The translations under genes were made by a program, and so were the position numbers. DNA of 64,000 nucleotides, taken from the NCBI GenBank assembly GCA_048013815.1, contig CM106585.1:8432001-8496000 (forward strand), written 5' to 3'. This stretch comes from Setoptus koraiensis. Taxonomy: Eukaryota; Animalia; Arthropoda. Under the pieces are notes generated by a model, which was given only the letters and a program-made list of their open reading frames with translations, ran no database searches and had not been told where the DNA came from. This document shows positions 13,576 through 30,947 of the stretch, piece by piece. Every line of letters begins with the position of its first letter. Positions within the stretch are counted from its first letter, which is position 1.

Positions 13576-16500
13576 TAGATAGCATAGATAAAAGACCGTT
13601 CTTGTTGTGCAACTTCACGAGGATATTGGCCACTTTGATTGGTTCACAAGATTTGGCGCCAATAGTTTGAACTTGGTAAGCTTGCGCAGACGCAATATAG
13701 ATTATTGGTGAGGAACGTTGACAAAAAGTTCTCTCAAGTTTTTTGCTCCCGTAATGGCTACATTAGCAACTCTCTATAGTGATAAATACACATTATAGTG
13801 AGCAATTTATGCAAAGGGTGCACCTTAATTATCGTCATATCAGTGTTATATCATTGCACTCATTACATCAATTGTAATCCTATTATCGTTTATTTTGAAA
13901 TAGTTTTGCCATTATACAAACCGTAGGCAGAAAGCAAAAAACAAATTTGTTTGTTGAACTTGAAGATATACGATGGTGACCTATCTTGTTATGCATACAT
14001 ATAATAGTAGTTACGTAATGGACGATCTCGTTTACATATGTCTTGTTTATGTTAACAGCCTAATGGACAGAAGAAAAGGAACTTGCAAATGACAAAACAC
14101 TCGGATGATGAATTTGTAAGGCATTGTTGGTTTATATTAGCATGTGTATAATGAGAAGATTATGCTCGACAAGCCATTCAGTTAATAGAAAATAACTTGA
14201 ACGCCATTTGTCTGACCACATGACAGCGTCAGCAGCTGGCAGCAGCAATTCAACATCAGCATCTTGGAAGGGGGTGTATAGAGAAAGATGAACCAGATAG
14301 GCAGAGTGATGGAACTGTATCTGAGCAATAAACTATCCAAACAACAGAATGGAAGAAGAACCAGAAGAGTGGTTGATGATAGGCAGCACGAAACAAAAGA
14401 AGCCAGGCTCGGATACACAGAGCCCATTTATCGGCGGATTCAACGCTCAACAAATTTGCCGGTCAGGGTTGGATATCAAGCGAAGGAGAGAGGCATGAAG
14501 AACGCAGTTGAATAGAGGACATATTATATGAGTCGTGGTTGTCAATTTGAGCGGACTGAAACTCAAACAGAACAAAATTGCAACAGTAACAACATGTTGA
14601 TCCAGCGTAATCTTGAAAAGCCCCGTCAAGAAGGATAAGTTGAAACTAAAGAAGAGAAAATTGCACCGTTATTGTTATTGTTGTTTTGTTGTTATGATGC
14701 TTAGAAAATTGACTTTGACCAAAAGATTAGGAATTAAACACCATCACCGCCATCACCACCGCCGCCGCCGCAGCAACTAATAATAATACTGCAATATCAA
14801 GGTAAGGCGTTGCGTGCTGGCACAATCAGAAGAGCGAGAGACTTCACTCATCAAATTTTCGGACCGTATCACATACCGTATCATGCGGCATACCAGGTAT
14901 CCTCCGATGGTTAGTTAGAGGGAGGCTTTTTCATCATGTCGAATCAACTGACTCCAAGCTTCACATCGTGTAACCATCGCTGGTTACATGCATCGGCACT
15001 GACGTGCACCTCACCCTATCTCTTTCTCACAAACTATCACACACTCACATATCGATGTGTCCTGCTGGCACTATGGGTCACACATAAATAATTTGACTAT
15101 CTAATAGGAATCCACGAGGATATACTACACACATACACACACACGCTGATTAGGTAAGGATTACGCAACTCAAGTAACAAAACTGAAAATGATCTCATCG
15201 TTAATTCTTCATTATGATTTTGATTGATTAGTCCTAGCGAGATTCAGTGTCACGTCGTCTCACATGCAACAACACTTTGTGCACACGCCAGTGATGGTGC
15301 CGCTGTTGCGGTTCTGGCACATATCCATCAGATATGATTAGAAAATGAAAAGGTAGTGCATATACGCAATATAAGTTGTAGCAGCATCAGCGGCAATCAT
15401 GTTCAGATAGATGTGTGTGTATGTGTGTGTATACTTGTAACCAACATGATTAGAGTCCCGACTAACGCTAGGCTATTTGTCCATCTTCATGATTAGCTAC
15501 GAAATTGACCATTGGTCGGACACTACCATGAACACAATTTTAAACAACGCCAAGCTAACCAGCCATACCGAGGTCAGCGGTACCTGAGAGTGATACATCA
15601 AGCAACATGCATCAGCAGTCGTGGTGATGGTGATTATAATGTAGAAATAAATACTAGGCAGTTTATTTCGATCGCCAGAGGTGAAAACCGCTAACTCTGG
15701 TCGACTAACTCCGCTGTGTGTTCCCCGGAACGAGTCTCTCACATCATTTGAATTTTGAAACTCGATCAGCGAGCGTTCCATTGTGCTTTTTATTATGTTT
15801 GCAAAATGGCAAGTCGAATGTATATTATCAACAGAAGCATCAAAACTGTAAGACTGATGGTCAACGGGTTTAGCACACACACACACACACACAGGTAACT
15901 TTGCTGTTTATCAAACAGTGACTAATATGTGATAATAGAGGAATCCCCTGTTAAGCGTACAAAATAACACAGGAATACCAAGATTATTAAAATCTGTGAA
16001 GCTTTCTCCTCGAGACTTGTTAGCGTACGAAGAACAAATGATTTCTATTCATTTATTTTTGAATACTTTACACTCTGAACATTCAAAATCGAGACTCCTT
16101 GTTATCTCAATATTATCTCACAGTCAGGGCAGTCGATATGCTCGGAATCCTGACTATCGTCTAATAGAAATAGGATAATGTAATGAGAATTAGCATAAAT
16201 ACTGGGCCAATTTCATCAGGTTTTCTCCCATTTTCACATGACTTAGAGCTATAGAACTTAAACGTGACGAACACAGACAAAACAGTTAGCATTCGTTTGG
16301 AAACACTATGACTGATCTCTCTATCCCTAGCGGACGGAGGGAAAGAATTGTTTTAAGAGAAGAAAGATGTTTCATTCTTTTTGAATCTACTGGTTGGTCG
16401 TCTGACAGAAAACGTGAGCAATGAACTCATCTCCCGATCATGGTTAGAGAATAGATTTCAGTTGAGTTGTTAGAAGTTTCGAATGTAATCGTGCTTCTCA

Positions 16501-18411
16501 CTTTGTAGCAACAAATCGACTGAATGAAAGATATCGATTGGGAATCACAATAATTACTATGTTGTGGTGAAACTAACAATGATCATGGCTAGCTGTAAAC
16601 AATGACATAGACATGTGATGACTTCACCCATAGGTGTATTATGAACTGACGATTGACATTACATGGTTAGGGGTACGTTCATACCACCATTATTCCTCTA
16701 TGACACACTCATGATACACGCCTGATTTGCATAATCAACTGCTGATCTTGAGTTACGCTTGAATAACTTTTTATAGTAGTTTATTTCACAAATAATTATC
16801 ATACAACCACAAAAATCTGTGATGTAGCTCATCCTAATCATCCAATCAGATTAAAGGATACTAGCACCCATTCAATGTACGACCTATTGCCTTTGAAATA
16901 TAGCAATTGCAACATGAAAACAGACGATAATGGTTATTTTATCGCACACAATCAATGGCAGATAATCTAAATTTGGCAATCATTTCAAAGGCCCACTCTG
17001 TCCTGTCTCTATCATATCGGATTGTAGCATGAATAGAATAAGTAGATGAGTAAAATCATCATCCCCATTGCAACCTCAACAAGTAGCTTATTGGAGCTAT
17101 TGTATAGTAGAGGTCAATCTAGCAATGTTTTCACTCAAGAAGCTTTCCAAGTTTTAGACAAAATAATAATAAAAAATGGTCAACATCCTCAACAACATAC
17201 GGCTTCTAGGTGTCGTCGTGCCTTGTTGTTGTCAGACAGATATACTGGCTATTTTAGCTGAACAGCCCAAGATAGCTGCGTCTGATAAGTAGGGACAATT
17301 ACTTGCATCATACAATAGTTTGTAACGCAACAACAACGACAACGCCAACAGCAATGGTAACAGCAACATCAACAACACAATAATAATAACACACATATAT
17401 GACGAACAATCGACAGAAACAAAGTGTAAAAAGTGTTGTTTTCTCAAATCTGTAACACTTTTGAGTCACTGTTCACGCTTTTGTATGAGGATTCAATATG
17501 ATTCATTGGTTGATAGCAAAAAGTAACAGGTTGTTGTTTTTAGCTAGTCAATAAGTCGAATATGTGCAACTTTGTGACCACTATTACAATGTTCGACCGT
17601 TTGACCATTGATCGATCACTGCGATCATGATGATTCAGGTGAGTTGAACACAATAAATTGATTCGTAAACTGTGTGTTGAATTGCGCCGTATGCCGTTGC
17701 TGCCATCAAAACCATTTTTAAGAATTCAAACCGTCTGTTAGTTCAACAAGCTGACAGGGGCAGAGCTCAGTTTAGGAAGAGAATTTCTTGTATCACGACG
17801 AGAACTAAAATCGCAATCAGTTGAGATGATTTATGGTATAGTGGCTCGTCACATTGACTCAATTGTGCGCTTTCTCGTCTCGCTCAGAGTTATTGCATGA
17901 TGATAATTTGCATCTAAACTCCGCATCTAGTTAGACGCCAACAACGGCCCCAGACGGAGGTGACTCGAAGGCAAGTTTATATTAACTGTAGTGACCGAAT
18001 AAAGTAAGCCCTCAATTGAGTAACTTACCTCGAATGAAATGTTCAAGAGAGTGTTCGCTGACTTGATGTTGACTCAAATATTGTTGACAGAGTATTGAGT
18101 TGAACAGTCTTGATAAACACACGACTCATTCGATGTTTAATTATTGATCTTGTTATGATGAACGTGCTAGAGAGTTGTATATTTTTTGGCGCCCAAAAGC
18201 GTGGTTATTCTAATTATTCGTAGCTGGCTTATATGATCAGTTTGTTTTTTGATATATGATATCGTTGATTGGGTGAGATGCTGCTTTTGAGCGTTGGCTG
18301 AAAAACACAGAGCACGGCTTTTTCACCTGTTGGTTATTATCTTGAAGCTAGAGTACAGTTATTGGTTTGTTGAGGTCGAACTAGTGGAACAATTTCTAAA
18401 CATTTCTGTAC

Positions 18412-18470
18412 GAGAGTGAGTGAGCAAGTGAGTGAGCGAGCGAACGAACGAACGAACGAGAATTGCCAAA
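18412..18470. repeat. Compound tetranucleotide array GAGT > GAGC > GAAC
   Basis: gagtgagtgagcaagtgagtgagcgagcgaacgaacgaacgaacgag. Confidence 0.9.
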
Positions 18471-21400
18471 GTAACTCCGTTTCGTCTTCTTATTCGCCAT
18501 GACGCATGCGCACTTGTGCCCCTCACCTGTGCGAATGCTGCAGCCCATTCGGGCGCATTGCTTAACTAACCGACTGTGAATATATCTAATAGTAGCCAGT
18601 AACTGTTAGGCTGCTGTTCGCTAGTCAACTAGCCACTAATAAGGCTGCTGTTTGGTGACTGGGGTTCCTTGGCGAGCTAAACAGCACGTTGAATCATGGT
18701 GCTCTATTGTTCATGGTCACATTGGCCTGCAATGTTTTTCAAGTGTAAGTGAGCTATCGACAGTAAGTGGTGCGGGTTCGCAAGTGAACTTATTGTGGTT
18801 ATCATTATGGAATTATTAAATATATATATATAGTGTTGTTATTTGTGGGCATTTGTGCATTTCAGCATTGACAGGTTACGACATATAATGACTGATGTCT
18901 TGACAAGTGACACATAATAAATACACAGGTGACATTGGTGTGTTGAACCATGTGCAACATCCATGAATAAGAGATGCTTGGCGCCAACAGTTGTTTAATA
19001 TGATGACAAAAGTCAAGCGGATCGATGATGATTTGCGTGAGTAAAAAAGTGACATGTCGTGATGATTCACAGTTGGTCGATGGTTCAAAGTTCCAAAGTT
19101 GCAATAATTCTAATCGAAATTGTGTCAATCCATATCTATCTAAAAGAATGATACATAACATGAGAGACGTCAAGAGATTACTTGAACTAGATTGAGTGCC
19201 GGTAGTTAACCTCAATAATGACGATAACAGTAGTAACAATATGTATACAATATGTATATTTGATTGTTGTTACAGCAGCAACTTGAACAGGCCAGAGTAG
19301 AACAAGTCAAATAAACAAAAAAAAAACGAAAGCTTATGTAAGAACTCACATTGAGATCTTTATGGATTAGTTGCATTAGACGACAAGTGATCTTGAGATG
19401 TTAAGATGCTAACATCTTGAGATGAATTCTTATATCATCGACAAATCACAATAGCTCGTATCAATTGAATAGATTGCATAATAACACAAGTGTACATATA
19501 ATACTTATACCAACACTGCATACCTAAGTACAGTGTATATTAGATTGTGAGAGTATAAGTGAAGTTTCATCACTCAGTCAGAGTATTGTAAATGGCTGAT
19601 TTACATTTGACAGTTACGGTGGTGGCGAGCGACCTGCTATTCATTGTTCACTTACAATTGGTTACTATAGTAACAGCACTTTTCTCTCTCACTCTCTTTC
19701 CCTCCTTATTTTCTTCTTTAGCTCAGCGAATCAAATCACACCTCAACAAATGCAATGATGCTGCTGCTGGTGATGACCCATGGCGATCAATATATACCGT
19801 TTACATCTGTATCGATGCCACTACTGCTAGTCCAATGAGTGAGTGCATAGATCATATCTCACCACATCAAGTGCGTGATGTTATGCAACATAGAGATGCA
19901 GCTAACAAAGTAATGGCTTCGTGAGTGAAGTAAAAGCAATTGTTTCTTTTTCTCGTTGTATGCAGCATCTTTACAGACAATCGCTCTGAAATATTGTTGA
20001 ACTAGAAAGTGAATGGTGAGATAACGATGAAGAATCTATCTGACAGATCGTTGCCTGTGTCAGACAACGGTCACCCCAAGTAGGCACAGTTAGCTAGCCC
20101 ACTTGCCCAACCAGAGGGATGCCAATGACACCCGCAGAGCGCCAACCATCAACCAACTATCCAGCACACATAGTAACAGTAGTTTGGAAATAATTAACTA
20201 TCAACACATCTCTTCTCTATTGGTTGCACAGTCATGTAGTGAGAGAGAGAGAGATCGGTGATACTCGGTGTCCGATTAGCCGATTTGTCCAGCCAATCCA
20301 GTGAGCTCGATGTGCTGAGGTGTTTCTGAAAAGAAGAGAGACACGGTAATATTGGTGCAGCCAGATTCGAAAAAAAAAGCATCGCCACTAAAAAGAGGAG
20401 GAATCATGTAGACCAATAACTCGCTTGTAAGATAGCAAGCTTGCTACATTGCAACTAATACGCATGCTTATTTTACTACGAATACAATCTATTTACATTG
20501 ATAATGAATGTTTGCAGTTGGTTGCTGTTGTTAGAATCGTTTTTTTTCACCTCAAACAACAAGAACAACATTATTTTCGCAAGCTGGAGCTAGTGCAAGC
20601 TAACAAACAAAAAATTATTTATGCAATATGTTTGCCAGAGGCAAAGAAACAACTTTCTCTTGCAGCGAAAACAAACTTCACCCTCTGTAGATTTCTAGGA
20701 TTCAATTAACAACGCCGAGAAAGAACCACATTCAACATTGGCAGCTAGTTAACTTGTCGAAAACATCCGTATGCTAACTGTTGTTCTATTTGCATGTCTC
20801 GCCTCCATTGGCACTTTTGACAAACATTTTTATTCTGAATCATTTACGGTGCATTCATTATCAAACTACCGCCATCTATTAACTAACTATAAATAACCAA
20901 CTAACTATAAAATCGAAAGAATTATCTCCATCTCTCCATCGTCAATTGTAATACGAGCAACTTGTGGTTTATGGTGGCTTGTAAATTTAAGCGCGGCAAT
21001 GGTCGAGCTGAGGAGAGAGACAAACGAAAAAAAAAAGACTCGAGAGATTCTCATTCAGGTGCAATTTGTTTTCGGTAAAATAAATATGAGATGTTGATTA
21101 TAATTTGCATCTCGTTCCGAATGATTGGACTCAACTAATGGATATTTGTAAACCAAGTTTTTTGTTGTTGTCGTCGTTGGTGTTATCGTTGTTGGTTTCT
21201 ATAATCTTTGCAGCAAATCTTCGAATTTCGCCACTAGAAAAGTCTTGAAGTGAGTGAAGATCGCTTCTTCTGAGTGTTTTAGAAAGTTGTTGCATACTAG
21301 CCGCCAGATTTATTGTTGGTACAACAGGTAAATCACTCATCAAGCTTCACAGAATTGATTAGGCGAGAGTCAAATTCTGTAAAATCTCACACAGTTCCAG

Positions 21401-21874
21401 TTTGAGCAAATCCGAACTGTATAAAATATAAACTCTGTGGCAGCTATTTCCTCTTTTTAAGTTGATTTTCTCACACTTCTATTAATGTGATCCAACGCAA
21501 TCATGTTGACGTGATTGCTTTTGAATGTCACAGTGCAAATAATTTGCCTTAGTGATAGTTGAGAATACAGATTGTACATGGTAGATGTACGACAACAAAT
21601 TGTCTCCAATATTTCAATCTACTCGGAGAATTTGAAACTTGTTATTAATGCAACACCTCAGTAATTTCTGGCCCTGTAATGCGCCTCCGTGATCGATGAG
21701 CTATATAATTAAGCTCCATCGATTTAGAGTATCAGGAACAAAAAAAAGTTTCTCATCATTTATGTGTTTTTATTGTACAGTATTGCTGTTAATAGCGGTC
21801 AACAATAGGGTGTCAGTTTAATTCATGTATCGTTGTTATCTTAAACTAGTACATTGCATCTGCAATTTAGGTTT

Positions 21875-26192
<4,318 letters not shown>

Positions 26193-26755
26193 TTTCTGTT
26201 GAAGAAGGGCTCGTCGCTTGTATGGGTGTGCTGGGCAACGAACTATTAATGGTTGTAGTGTGTTGAGATGTTTTCGATAAAGCCGATATATATGAAATTC
26301 ATATGTTAATCCATTGTTGTGACTTGATTAGTAGTCTGGTCAAGCAAAGGTGCTTACTGAGGTGGCCTACGTATCAGACGAAAGCAGTATCATAGTATCA
26401 TGGTCGCTTGGACCGGGTAGTGAGCGATTGTCGAGTGGACCAAATAATTTCGACTAGACAATATTTGTTCGTGTGGAGATTCATATAAAATACATCGCTG
26501 GACAATGGTTGCTTGCAATAACATGTATCCTCATCTATAAATAGTATGATGAATGAGATGTAGTGATAGGTGAATACTAATATCACGACAATATCTTGCA
26601 ATATTGTTTGCCTATTGATAATTATATAGGAATAAAGAGGGGGAGGGAGGGATTTGAAGTTGTTGATATAATTGTTGATGCATATCAAATGTGCAAATGT
26701 ATGCAATGTGAATCGCTGCAAACTTGTGCGTCTGTCCAACGAAGAATCTCTGTGG

Positions 26756-26760
<5 letters not shown>

Positions 26761-26793
<33 letters not shown>
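26761..26793. repeat. (GT)16 microsatellite
   Basis: Uninterrupted GT run between the divergent HECW and ASNA1 starts. Confidence 0.95.
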
Positions 26794-26796
<3 letters not shown>

Positions 26797-27253
26797 ATAA
26801 TGATGACGAAAAACACAATTACGAGAACAATTACACTGTGCAAGTATACCGCCTATGGCCGCCATGTAACAGATATATAAAATTGCACGGCAAGTGTCAA
26901 TAGAGAGATTCACATTGGACTTATTTTTTGATTTGAGAACATTTCAAATGCCGCTAGAGGGCCAGATCATATGTAGATGATGATGAATTTATTTGTTCAC
27001 CAATGTTAATGCCGACAGTTGACGTGATCATCACCATCAGTTGATAAATTAAGATTATTCTTACTCATTTTACACTGGGCAGGCTTTCACTTTCACAAAT
27101 ATTATCTCAATAGGCATAGCTCGCGGATTTAGCCAGAAAAGAATATATAAGAGCGTTAGGATAGCTCACCACTCGTAGTTGGCCAAAGGTGATCTCCTGG
27201 GTGGCAGTCTTCCAATTAAGAGATTAAACGCATTACAACAACAGCTATCCATC

Positions 27254-28249
27254 ATGGTGCCAGATCCATCAATCAAGAATCTATTGGAACAAAAATCTCT
27301 CAAATGGATATTTGTCGGAGGCAAGGGAGGTGTTGGCAAGACAACAACCTCTAGCAGTCTTGCCATTCAAATGACCAAAGTTCGCGACACAGTTCTTATC
27401 ATATCTACTGATCCAGCGCACAATCTAAGCGATGCTTTCGATCAGAAATTCACCAAGGTACCTACAAAAGTCAAAGGATTTGACAATTTGTTTGCAATGG
27501 AAATCGACCCCAATCTAGGAACCGCCGAACTGCCGGACGACTTCTTTGATCAAACTGATCCAATGCGTGTTGGGAAAACAGCAATCAGCGAACTTGTCAG
27601 CGCTTTGCCAGGAATAGATGAAGCTGTCAGTTATGGCGAAGTGATGAAGCTTGTGGAGTCAATGAATTTCGACGTTGTCATCTTCGATACAGCGCCCACT
27701 GGACATACACTTCGATTACTGTCGTTTCCTACACTGATTGAAAAAGGGTTAGGAAAACTGATGCGTTTCAAATCACAAGTATCTCCGTTCCTCTCAAATA
27801 TCGCCTCGATCATGGGTCTACGTGATTTCAACGTTGATTCATTGACAAGCCGACTTGAAGAATTGTTACCGGTAATCAAGAAGATCAATACACAATTCAG
27901 AGACAAATCTATGACAACTTTTGTTTGCGTTTGTATTGCTGAATTTTTGTCCTTATATGAAACTGAGCGTCTAGTTCAAGAGTTAACCAGAAATGAGATC
28001 GATACACATAATGTTATCGTAAATCAAGTTCTTATGCCAAATTCCAAGCAGAATGACTGCAGGATGTGCAAGGCACGCATTAAGATCCAACAGAAGTATA
28101 TAGAGCAAATAGATGACTTGTACGAGGATATGCATGTTATCAAGCTACCATTATTAGAGAGCGAAGTTAGAGGACCAAAAAGTGTAGAAAAATTCAGTGA
28201 ATATTTGTTGTCGCCTTATGACCCAGAGAAGCAACAAGAAAGCGAATGA
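27254..28249 (+). CDS. ASNA1: ATPase ASNA1/GET3 (TRC40), tail-anchored protein targeting; intronless
   Basis: [15 protein letters not shown] Walker [32 protein letters not shown], CxxC (CRMC). The true ATG is most likely 27254 ([13 protein letters not shown]); the track start at 27179 is a TTG. Confidence 0.97.
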   Translation: MVPDPSIKNLLEQKSLKWIFVGGKGGVGKTTTSSSLAIQMTKVRDTVLIISTDPAHNLSDAFDQKFTKVPTKVKGFDNLFAMEIDPNLGTAELPDDFFDQTDPMRVGKTAISELVSALPGIDEAVSYGEVMKLVESMNFDVVIFDTAPTGHTLRLLSFPTLIEKGLGKLMRFKSQVSPFLSNIASIMGLRDFNVDSLTSRLEELLPVIKKINTQFRDKSMTTFVCVCIAEFLSLYETERLVQELTRNEIDTHNVIVNQVLMPNSKQNDCRMCKARIKIQQKYIEQIDDLYEDMHVIKLPLLESEVRGPKSVEKFSEYLLSPYDPEKQQESE

Positions 28250-28488
28250 CCAAGACCAATAAAATCCAAGTAAAGTTCAGCTGTATTTTCATTCTCAATT
28301 TATCTGTGTATCTGACTCTGATCTATGAGTTCGAATCTCTTATTCCGGTATTTTTTCGATTATAACAATTATACACAAATTATATATGCTGCTCGCAAAA
28401 TCGGTCATTATCACCTTCATCTCGAATCAAACACAAGTTCCCTTTAAGCAACTTACTAGCTTGATGAAAAAGGCCATAGTCAGTACTT

Positions 28489-29817
28489 TCATCCTTCCGA
28501 TCCAAATTCTTTCATGAACTGGTCCAATTTTAACATATCACTCGCATTGACGGTAGGCTTAGAGTTTGCCAGGGAGGCAAGCATGTCGCTCCCCGTAACT
28601 ATAGGCGCCATTAATTTGTCGCCAGGCACATCCAAAGACGTCATCTCTATGGCTCCTTCATCGCCGGGAGAGCATGGGGTCAAAAGGTCGTGTATTATAA
28701 CTTTTGGGTCTGCGGGCGAAGGCCCACTAACTCGCTTGAAATGAGTAGCTGTTTGCACTTTACGAACAGGCTGCATCAAAGCGTCACGTACCAATACTGA
28801 AATATCTGCTCCGGAAAATCCATGACACTTTTTTGCCAAGAGACAATAATCTTCTTCTGTCAAACTATTGGGAGTGTCACCGATGTGTAATTTGAATAGT
28901 GTCCGACGGGCATGTTCTTCTGGTAAAGGTATGTAGATACGTTTCTCAAACCTACGCCTGATGGCGGAATCTAGCACCCAAGGTATATTGGTGGCACCTA
29001 GAACTAAAATCTTCTCATTATCGTTGCCGACGCCCTGCATTTGAACGAGGAACTCTGTCTTGATGCGTCTGGCCGACTCTGATTCATTGTCCGATCTGGA
29101 GCTGCATAGACTGTCAATTTCGTCGATGAAGATGATAGAAGGTGCGTTCTTTCGCGCAACTTGGAACAGGCCCTTAACAAGCTTCTCACTTTCACCGAGC
29201 CATTTGGATACTAAGTTTGACGAGGAGACTGAGAAGAATTTAGAATTGTTAGCCTCGGTAGCTACAGCTTTAGCCAGATAACTTTTACCAGTTCCTGGCG
29301 GTCCAAACAATAGGATACCCTTCCATGGTTTCCTTTTTCCGGTGAATAAATGTGGGAATCTTATTGGTAAGATGACAGCTTCTTTTAGGGCTTCTTTGGC
29401 TCCCTCCAGACCGGCAACATCGCTCCATTTGACATTGGGCCTCTCCATAACGATAGCGCCTTCGAGCTGGTCCATCAATCGTTTGTTATCTTTATCATCA
29501 TCAGTTTCTTCGTCACTCTTGTCGCCGTCGTTCTTGGCTCCGTTTTTCTTATCTCTTGATTCACCATCTCTAACTGGTTGTCTGCTATCCTTGGTTTCTA
29601 GAAACTTTTTCAATTTTTCCGCCCTCTCTAAATATTCAGCACATTTTGCTCTTATTTTAGTCTTGTGTTCTTCATTCGGAGCCTCGTATTTAATAGAGTG
29701 AAGGAAATAGTCGACAGCATTCTGATAACCACGCAGTGCCTCCTCGTAATCTTTATTGTGATCTGCTTCGGAAGCCTTTCTGGCTAATTCGATGGCCTTA
29801 TCTAGAGATGGAGGCAT
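28489..29817 (-). CDS. VPS4: Vacuolar protein sorting 4 AAA ATPase (ESCRT-III disassembly); intronless
   Basis: N-terminal MIT domain, [45 protein letters not shown], beta domain (LTPCSPGD), C-terminal F..EFGSEG. Confidence 0.98.
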   Translation of the reverse strand: MPPSLDKAIELARKASEADHNKDYEEALRGYQNAVDYFLHSIKYEAPNEEHKTKIRAKCAEYLERAEKLKKFLETKDSRQPVRDGESRDKKNGAKNDGDKSDEETDDDKDNKRLMDQLEGAIVMERPNVKWSDVAGLEGAKEALKEAVILPIRFPHLFTGKRKPWKGILLFGPPGTGKSYLAKAVATEANNSKFFSVSSSNLVSKWLGESEKLVKGLFQVARKNAPSIIFIDEIDSLCSSRSDNESESARRIKTEFLVQMQGVGNDNEKILVLGATNIPWVLDSAIRRRFEKRIYIPLPEEHARRTLFKLHIGDTPNSLTEEDYCLLAKKCHGFSGADISVLVRDALMQPVRKVQTATHFKRVSGPSPADPKVIIHDLLTPCSPGDEGAIEMTSLDVPGDKLMAPIVTGSDMLASLANSKPTVNASDMLKLDQFMKEFGSEG

Positions 29818-30947
29818 AATAACAATGATTTACGTTTGATTTTTTTTAAGTAGTGCTGAAAACGCTCGATGCTATAATGATTGTGTTGTGTACCTGCTAG
29901 TTCAGTGGTGTTAATAAAAGTGCTAAGTCAGTCTTGCGCTGTTCCTGTTGATGTTTTGCTTTGTTTTTGTTTGTTCAATTAAAACATTTCACTCTTGTTC
30001 TCCGCTTCTAGGCTATAACTAATAAAACTAATGATATAGGATAATCAAATTGTCAACATGAACAGTCTAATATGATAATTGGCGATTATGATACCGGATA
30101 ATACATATATGTTTAGTGACTTCAGGAGTGATACCGTTTCATCACAGAGAACAATTAACGTCCAATAAATGTTTCTGCCATTATTATTGCTTCAGCTGAT
30201 CTTGGCTCCTTTATCCTAGCCCTACCCTTTAACCGGGGTACACACACACGGACACACAAATTGTGGACGCTCGGATGCGCTTTTACGGGACCGAAATTCG
30301 TGCCGCATGCACAGACCAGCAGCATATGAAAGCTCTCTAGCTTTCGATGGTGTAACTGTCAGTGTTATCGTTCCGTTCACTCTTGTGCCTCTGTGCGATT
30401 GTATGTTCTGTGCATGTTGTGCACACTAAGGTTTCACACACACAACTATGCTTATCTAACACTACACAAATGTACTGTACCTTTGCCTAAATAAACCACT
30501 TTAGCTTCAGTAACTACTCGATTGTGAGATCTATGCAGTGCTAGCACACACGCTAATCTACTGTATGTGTGGAAGGCATGCGTAAATTGGAACAAATCTA
30601 ACTGTGCCTCAAATTGCACAGATCGTTGAAAAGTATCTAGTCAGCTCGTAGTGCCGTCGATGTTATACTAGTTAGAGGATGCAATGCCTTGCAATGCATT
30701 TTAACGTTGCCCTAATGAATCTATCCAGTATAGATATATTTATATATTTATATCTATAGATACACTACAATTTATTATATAGACTGCTATTAGTAGCACA
30801 TCATTGAATTCCATCATCATATTCACTAGAATTATATTTGTGTGTATGCCATACATTCCCTAGCTAAGGCAGATCATCACCACCATCACCATCGTCATCA
30901 TACTATCAATTTAGAGATATAGATATTCACACAAACTATTGTACAGG

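Noticed and set aside
14180-14640. Purine-rich stretch with protein-like 35-75 aa frames
   Set aside because: Frequent stops in all frames, no recognisable motif and no consistent splice model.
18066-18107. Imperfect hairpin resembling a pre-miRNA (another at 19390-19424)
   Set aside because: Stems are short or interrupted and match no conserved miRNA I know; the second arises from a duplicated near-palindromic ATCTTGAGAT.
27179-27253. Track-predicted N-terminal extension of ASNA1
   Set aside because: It begins at TTG; the ATG at 27254 gives the expected family start.
30729-30758. 10-bp AT-rich inverted repeat TATAGATATA...TATATCTATA
   Set aside because: Low-complexity TA sequence; expected by chance.
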